38,533 nt of DNA, taken from IMG/VR virus record IMGVR_UViG_2531839666_000019; one strand, given 5' to 3'. How positions within the stretch are numbered: position 1 is the first letter of the stretch; each line of letters begins with the position of its first letter. The notes under the pieces were generated by a model. The model searched no databases, was not told the origin of the DNA, and saw nothing but the letters and a program-made list of their open reading frames with translations. A program made the translations under genes and the position numbers. This stretch comes from a virus (lineage: Duplodnaviria > Heunggongvirae > Uroviricota > Caudoviricetes). Positions 35,215-38,533 of this stretch are shown here, piece after piece.

Positions 35215-35745
35215 ATGGCAAAAAGTACAAAAGGGGCAAAACGTATCAAGTCCGCAGCGGCACTCTGGGTACCGGGGACACGCGAAGAGGTCATTGAGGG
35301 AATCAGACTGCTCGGTGACGCACAACGTGAACTGGTCAGGGCTGAAACAGAAATGAATGACGCCATTGGCGATATCACCGCACGTTATGCCCCGCTCACC
35401 GAGAGCCTAAAAAAACGCATGGCCGAACTGCAGTCCGGTATTCAGACATGGTGTGAGGCACACCGTGATGAACTGACCGGCAACGGGAAGGTGAAGTTCG
35501 CTAACCTCACCACCGGCGAGGTGCAGTGGCGAAACCGTCCGCCATCAGTCAGTATCCGTGGAGCGGATAATGTTATTGAACTACTGAGACGTCTGGGGCT
35601 TGAGCGCTTTATTCGTGTAAAAGAGGAAATAAATAAAGATGCCATTCTGAATGAAAAAGAGGCCGTGAAAAATATTCCCGGTATTACCATAAAAAGTGAT
35701 ATTGAGGATTTTTCAATAATTCCTTTTGAGCAGGATGTGCAGTAA
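35215..35745 (+). CDS. gam: Gam-like host-nuclease inhibitor protein (Mu Gam family)
   Basis: 176-aa protein with N-terminal coiled coil and overall pattern of the Mu Gam family. Confidence 0.65.
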   Translation: MAKSTKGAKRIKSAAALWVPGTREEVIEGIRLLGDAQRELVRAETEMNDAIGDITARYAPLTESLKKRMAELQSGIQTWCEAHRDELTGNGKVKFANLTTGEVQWRNRPPSVSIRGADNVIELLRRLGLERFIRVKEEINKDAILNEKEAVKNIPGITIKSDIEDFSIIPFEQDVQ

Positions 35746-35842
35746 ACACACCACGTTAATTATTTAATAAAAACATTTTCTTTTTTATTCCGGCGTCAGC
35801 GCCGTGGGCTTCTGCACGCCGGAAACAGAGGAGAATTAAATT

Positions 35843-36037
35843 ATGATATTTAAATGTATTCAGTGCGAGAGGGATATAACAGCCCTGCGTTTTCACAGCG
35901 CCATCGCCGTGATGTCCGGTAAGTACCACGTACCTGCAGTACGTGTCACCCTGGTCTGTCCGTACTGCAGCCAGCATTTTTCGGCGGACGTGCCCGTCAT
36001 GGAATTCTTCCGCCCTGACAGGGAGGACGCGCAATGA
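35843..36037 (+). CDS. small zinc-ribbon protein
   Basis: 64 aa with two CxxC pairs (CIQC ... CPYC). Confidence 0.45.
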   Translation: MIFKCIQCERDITALRFHSAIAVMSGKYHVPAVRVTLVCPYCSQHFSADVPVMEFFRPDREDAQ

Positions 36038-36306
36038 TTACCCCACAGGACGCAGAAAAACGGACCCGCGAAATTGTCGCGGAATATATCCGTGAATGTG
36101 GTTGTAAAACCCCCAACCATATCCGGCTGGTATTAACCAAATTAATCAGCATGGCCGCGCAGGCTATTGTGGCGACCAACGGAAAGGAGGCTGCCCTGCA
36201 GGTACTGGTGAACACACTCACCCACACGGCAGAGCATGAGGTGCCGTACCGGATGGAAACTACTGCAGAAGGCGGCCTGCACATCACCGTCGACCGGAAG
36301 CACTGA
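36034..36306 (+). CDS. hypothetical early protein
   Basis: 90-aa ORF, translationally coupled. Confidence 0.4.
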   Translation: MITPQDAEKRTREIVAEYIRECGCKTPNHIRLVLTKLISMAAQAIVATNGKEAALQVLVNTLTHTAEHEVPYRMETTAEGGLHITVDRKH

Positions 36307-36315
36307 GGGCGCGAC

Positions 36316-36621
36316 ATGACACGAAACACCGAACTCACCCGCACCGCCCTCTACCGTCTGGCTCTGCAGCGTTTCGGGCCGGATGCACAGGCCCTGAAAC
36401 TGACAGAAGAGGCCGCCGAACTGGCGGCCAGTGCCGCCCGCAACCTGAACGGACAGGGCAGCGAAAGTGACCTCGCGGCAGAGCTGGCAGACGTGGAAAT
36501 CATGACAGAGCAGCTGCGCCTTCAGGGGATGGACCGGCTGATTGACTTCCACAAACAGAAAAAACTGGAACGCCTTGCCGCACGGCTGGGTGTCATGTAC
36601 ACCGGAGATACTGAACAATGA
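36316..36621 (+). CDS. hypothetical early protein
   Basis: 101-aa ORF, translationally coupled. Confidence 0.4.
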   Translation: MTRNTELTRTALYRLALQRFGPDAQALKLTEEAAELAASAARNLNGQGSESDLAAELADVEIMTEQLRLQGMDRLIDFHKQKKLERLAARLGVMYTGDTEQ

Positions 36622-37298
36622 CAGACCAGGATAAACACATTGAGAAACTGAAAAAGTTGCTGGCGCTGGCCGCATCCGGCAACCCTCACGAGGCCGCTCT
36701 GGCACTGCGCCGTGCCCGTAAACTGATGGATGTTCACGGCATCACACATTCCGACATCGCCATGAGTGATATTGATGAAACCATCAGTCACTACTGGCCG
36801 ACAGGCAGCCTCCGTCCACCGCGCTACATGCTGGGCCTGATGAACATCATCCGCGAGGCATTTGGTGTTAACTCCATCATTCACCCCGGCACATATCCGG
36901 GTGTGGGGTTCTACGGCAACCGGGAACGGGCTGCACTGGCTGCGTACACCTGGGAAGTGCTGGCCCGCCAGCTGAAAAAGGCGCGTCAGCAATATATCAG
37001 CGCACAGAACAAAAGAATAAAAACTGCCACCCGTACCAGCCGTGGTGACCAGTTTGCTGAAGGCTGGGTGCTGGCCGTTATCAGTGAAATACAGTCCTTC
37101 GCCCTGACCGATGACGAACGTGAACTGATGCAGCAGTGGCTGGAACATAAATACCCGCAAACGCAAACCACCAGGGCGCGTAAAGGAAGAAGCCGCAATG
37201 GCGGCGCCTCGCGCTATGCGGGGTTTCGTGAAGGGCAGAACGTCAGACTGCACCGCCCGGTCAGTGGGCAGGAACAACAGAAACTGGAGGCCAGATGA
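36618..37298 (+). CDS. phage early protein (DUF2786-like N-terminus)
   Basis: N-terminus KHIEKLKKLLALAASGNPHEAALALRRARKLMDVHGI. Confidence 0.5.
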   Translation: MTDQDKHIEKLKKLLALAASGNPHEAALALRRARKLMDVHGITHSDIAMSDIDETISHYWPTGSLRPPRYMLGLMNIIREAFGVNSIIHPGTYPGVGFYGNRERAALAAYTWEVLARQLKKARQQYISAQNKRIKTATRTSRGDQFAEGWVLAVISEIQSFALTDDERELMQQWLEHKYPQTQTTRARKGRSRNGGASRYAGFREGQNVRLHRPVSGQEQQKLEAR

Positions 37299-37525
37299 TT
37301 ACGCTATCAGGTAACAGCCGGAAATTAAAAGCCTGCCGAATATCTGCCAGATACCTTTTTGCCCGCGCCTTTTTTAAGAACGTCAGGCCGGGGATCACAA
37401 TTGGTGTTATTGCCGGACGCGAACAGGTTGAAAAATACATGTCAGGTGCATGGTGGAATAACGACCCTGTCATTGCTGCCCGTAATATTCATATCAGTTG
37501 GGGGGATATTCAGAATGACTGCTGA
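37295..37525 (+). CDS. hypothetical small protein
   Basis: 76-aa ORF overlapping the previous stop. Confidence 0.35.
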   Translation: MITLSGNSRKLKACRISARYLFARAFFKNVRPGITIGVIAGREQVEKYMSGAWWNNDPVIAARNIHISWGDIQNDC

Positions 37526-37719
37526 ATCTGTTGTATGTGCCATGTTCTGGTATTGTTTTGTCGGTTAGTGTACTGCTGAACTGCACCGCCGTTCAGGGTT
37601 TTATTCACGTTACAGTGGTGCCGGCTACTGGATTAGCTGGTCGGTGATGTTCCTGTGCTGGCCTGTGGCGCTTCCTTTATATGTCGATTATATCGGTGGC
37701 GCAGGTAAAAGGAGCAACG

Positions 37720-38172
37720 ATGATGACTAAACAACGTCTTATCCAGCTCATTCATATTGCCCGTAATGAACTGGGTATGGATGAAGACACCTACCGCCAG
37801 ATGTTACAGGGGCTGACCGGTAAAGCCTCAACCAAAGGAATGGATACCACACAACTAAACTGCGTGCTGGAATCCATGAAAAGGAAAGGCTTTCGCGTTA
37901 AGCCTGCCGGAAAAGCCAGCTCCGGTTTACCGCTGGATAACCATCCGCAGTCCAGGAAAATCCGTGCGCTATGGATTGAAATGGCTGCTGCCGGCATTGT
38001 TCGTGACCGTTCAGAAAATGCATTAGCGCGGTGGATCAAGCGGGAAACGGGCATCAGCGCCCTGCGCTGGCTCAATACTGAACAGGCAAGCAGTGTTATT
38101 GAGAAACTGAAGAAGTGGCAGCGCAGAGCTGCGGGAGTAAAACATGAGCGACCTGAATCAGTTTCGAAGTAA
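37720..38172 (+). CDS. gemA: GemA-like regulatory protein (DUF1018 family)
   Basis: MMTKQRLIQLIHIARNELGMDEDTYRQML pattern; start set at the ATG at 37720, preceded by AAAGGAG. Confidence 0.6.
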   Translation: MMTKQRLIQLIHIARNELGMDEDTYRQMLQGLTGKASTKGMDTTQLNCVLESMKRKGFRVKPAGKASSGLPLDNHPQSRKIRALWIEMAAAGIVRDRSENALARWIKRETGISALRWLNTEQASSVIEKLKKWQRRAAGVKHERPESVSK

Positions 38173-38533
38173 AGGGCCGGAACTCCTGGTGGAACTGGCA
38201 CAGCATACCTCTGAGACCGTTCGCGAGATTATTGATATTGAGCCCGCAATTGCCGACCAGATTGGTCAGGCTGTCGCGAACCGAATGATGCAGGTCTGGG
38301 GCGGGCAAAACGTTTATTTCCCAATGGGCATGGTATGGAAGGTCAGTCAGCGCGACCGGGAAATCTTCAGGGAGTTTAACGGACGCAACCACCACGAACT
38401 GGCCCGCAAATTTGGTGTTTCGCTTCAGTGGGTCTACAGCGTGGTTAAGCGGGTAAGAAAAGAAGAACTGGATCGGATGCAGGGCAAGCTATTTGCTGAT
38501 GAACCCGATGCAGATACGGAGAAAAAAGAGTAA
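38144..38533 (+). CDS. mor: Mor/C-family transcription activator
   Basis: 129-aa protein with C-terminal HTH ELARKFGVSLQWVYSVVKR; stop at the last three bases of the window. Confidence 0.7.
   Translation: MSDLNQFRSKGPELLVELAQHTSETVREIIDIEPAIADQIGQAVANRMMQVWGGQNVYFPMGMVWKVSQRDREIFREFNGRNHHELARKFGVSLQWVYSVVKRVRKEELDRMQGKLFADEPDADTEKKE

Noticed and set aside
1-38533. CRISPR arrays, tRNA or rRNA genes
   Set aside because: No short regularly spaced direct repeats or cloverleaf-like conserved tRNA motifs were seen. The only repeats are the tail-fibre cassette repeats and the 37-bp pair flanking IS1.

Overview
This 38.5-kb window is almost entirely a Mu-like (transposable-phage-type) prophage. All family assignments below are from reading the translated ORFs and DNA by eye; no database search was run. 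Left to right: (1) a GlcG/DUF336-like gene (1-405, -) abutting a Gin/Pin/Hin-family serine invertase (425-997, -). (2) A multi-cassette invertible tail-fibre module (about 1050-3600) with four gix/hix-like crossover sites, three silent start-less tail-fibre C-terminal cassettes, one tail-fibre assembly gene, and the currently expressed tail fibre (3107-4075, -). (3) A long leftward late operon (4078-26212, -): baseplate, tape measure, tail chaperone, tube, sheath, head-completion proteins, major capsid, protease/scaffold, F-like, portal, large and small terminase, and a lysis cassette with nested spanins. (4) A roughly 4-kb central accessory region (26213-30443) between the divergent operons, with uncharacterised genes, a complete IS1 (28270-29037) and an XRE-family repressor. 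(5) A rightward early operon (30494-38533, +): Ner-like regulator, DDE transposase, AAA+ transposition ATPase, Gam-like protein, GemA-like protein and Mor-family activator. The best candidates for something undescribed are an AT-rich single-gene insertion with a PD-(D/E)xK-like motif inside the baseplate block (6162-7037) and the repressor-linked cargo locus in the central region. Also notable: three reading-frame breaks at G/C homopolymers (terminase, tape measure, tail chaperone) and an IS1 flanked by a 37-bp direct repeat. No rRNA, tRNA or CRISPR array was recognised.
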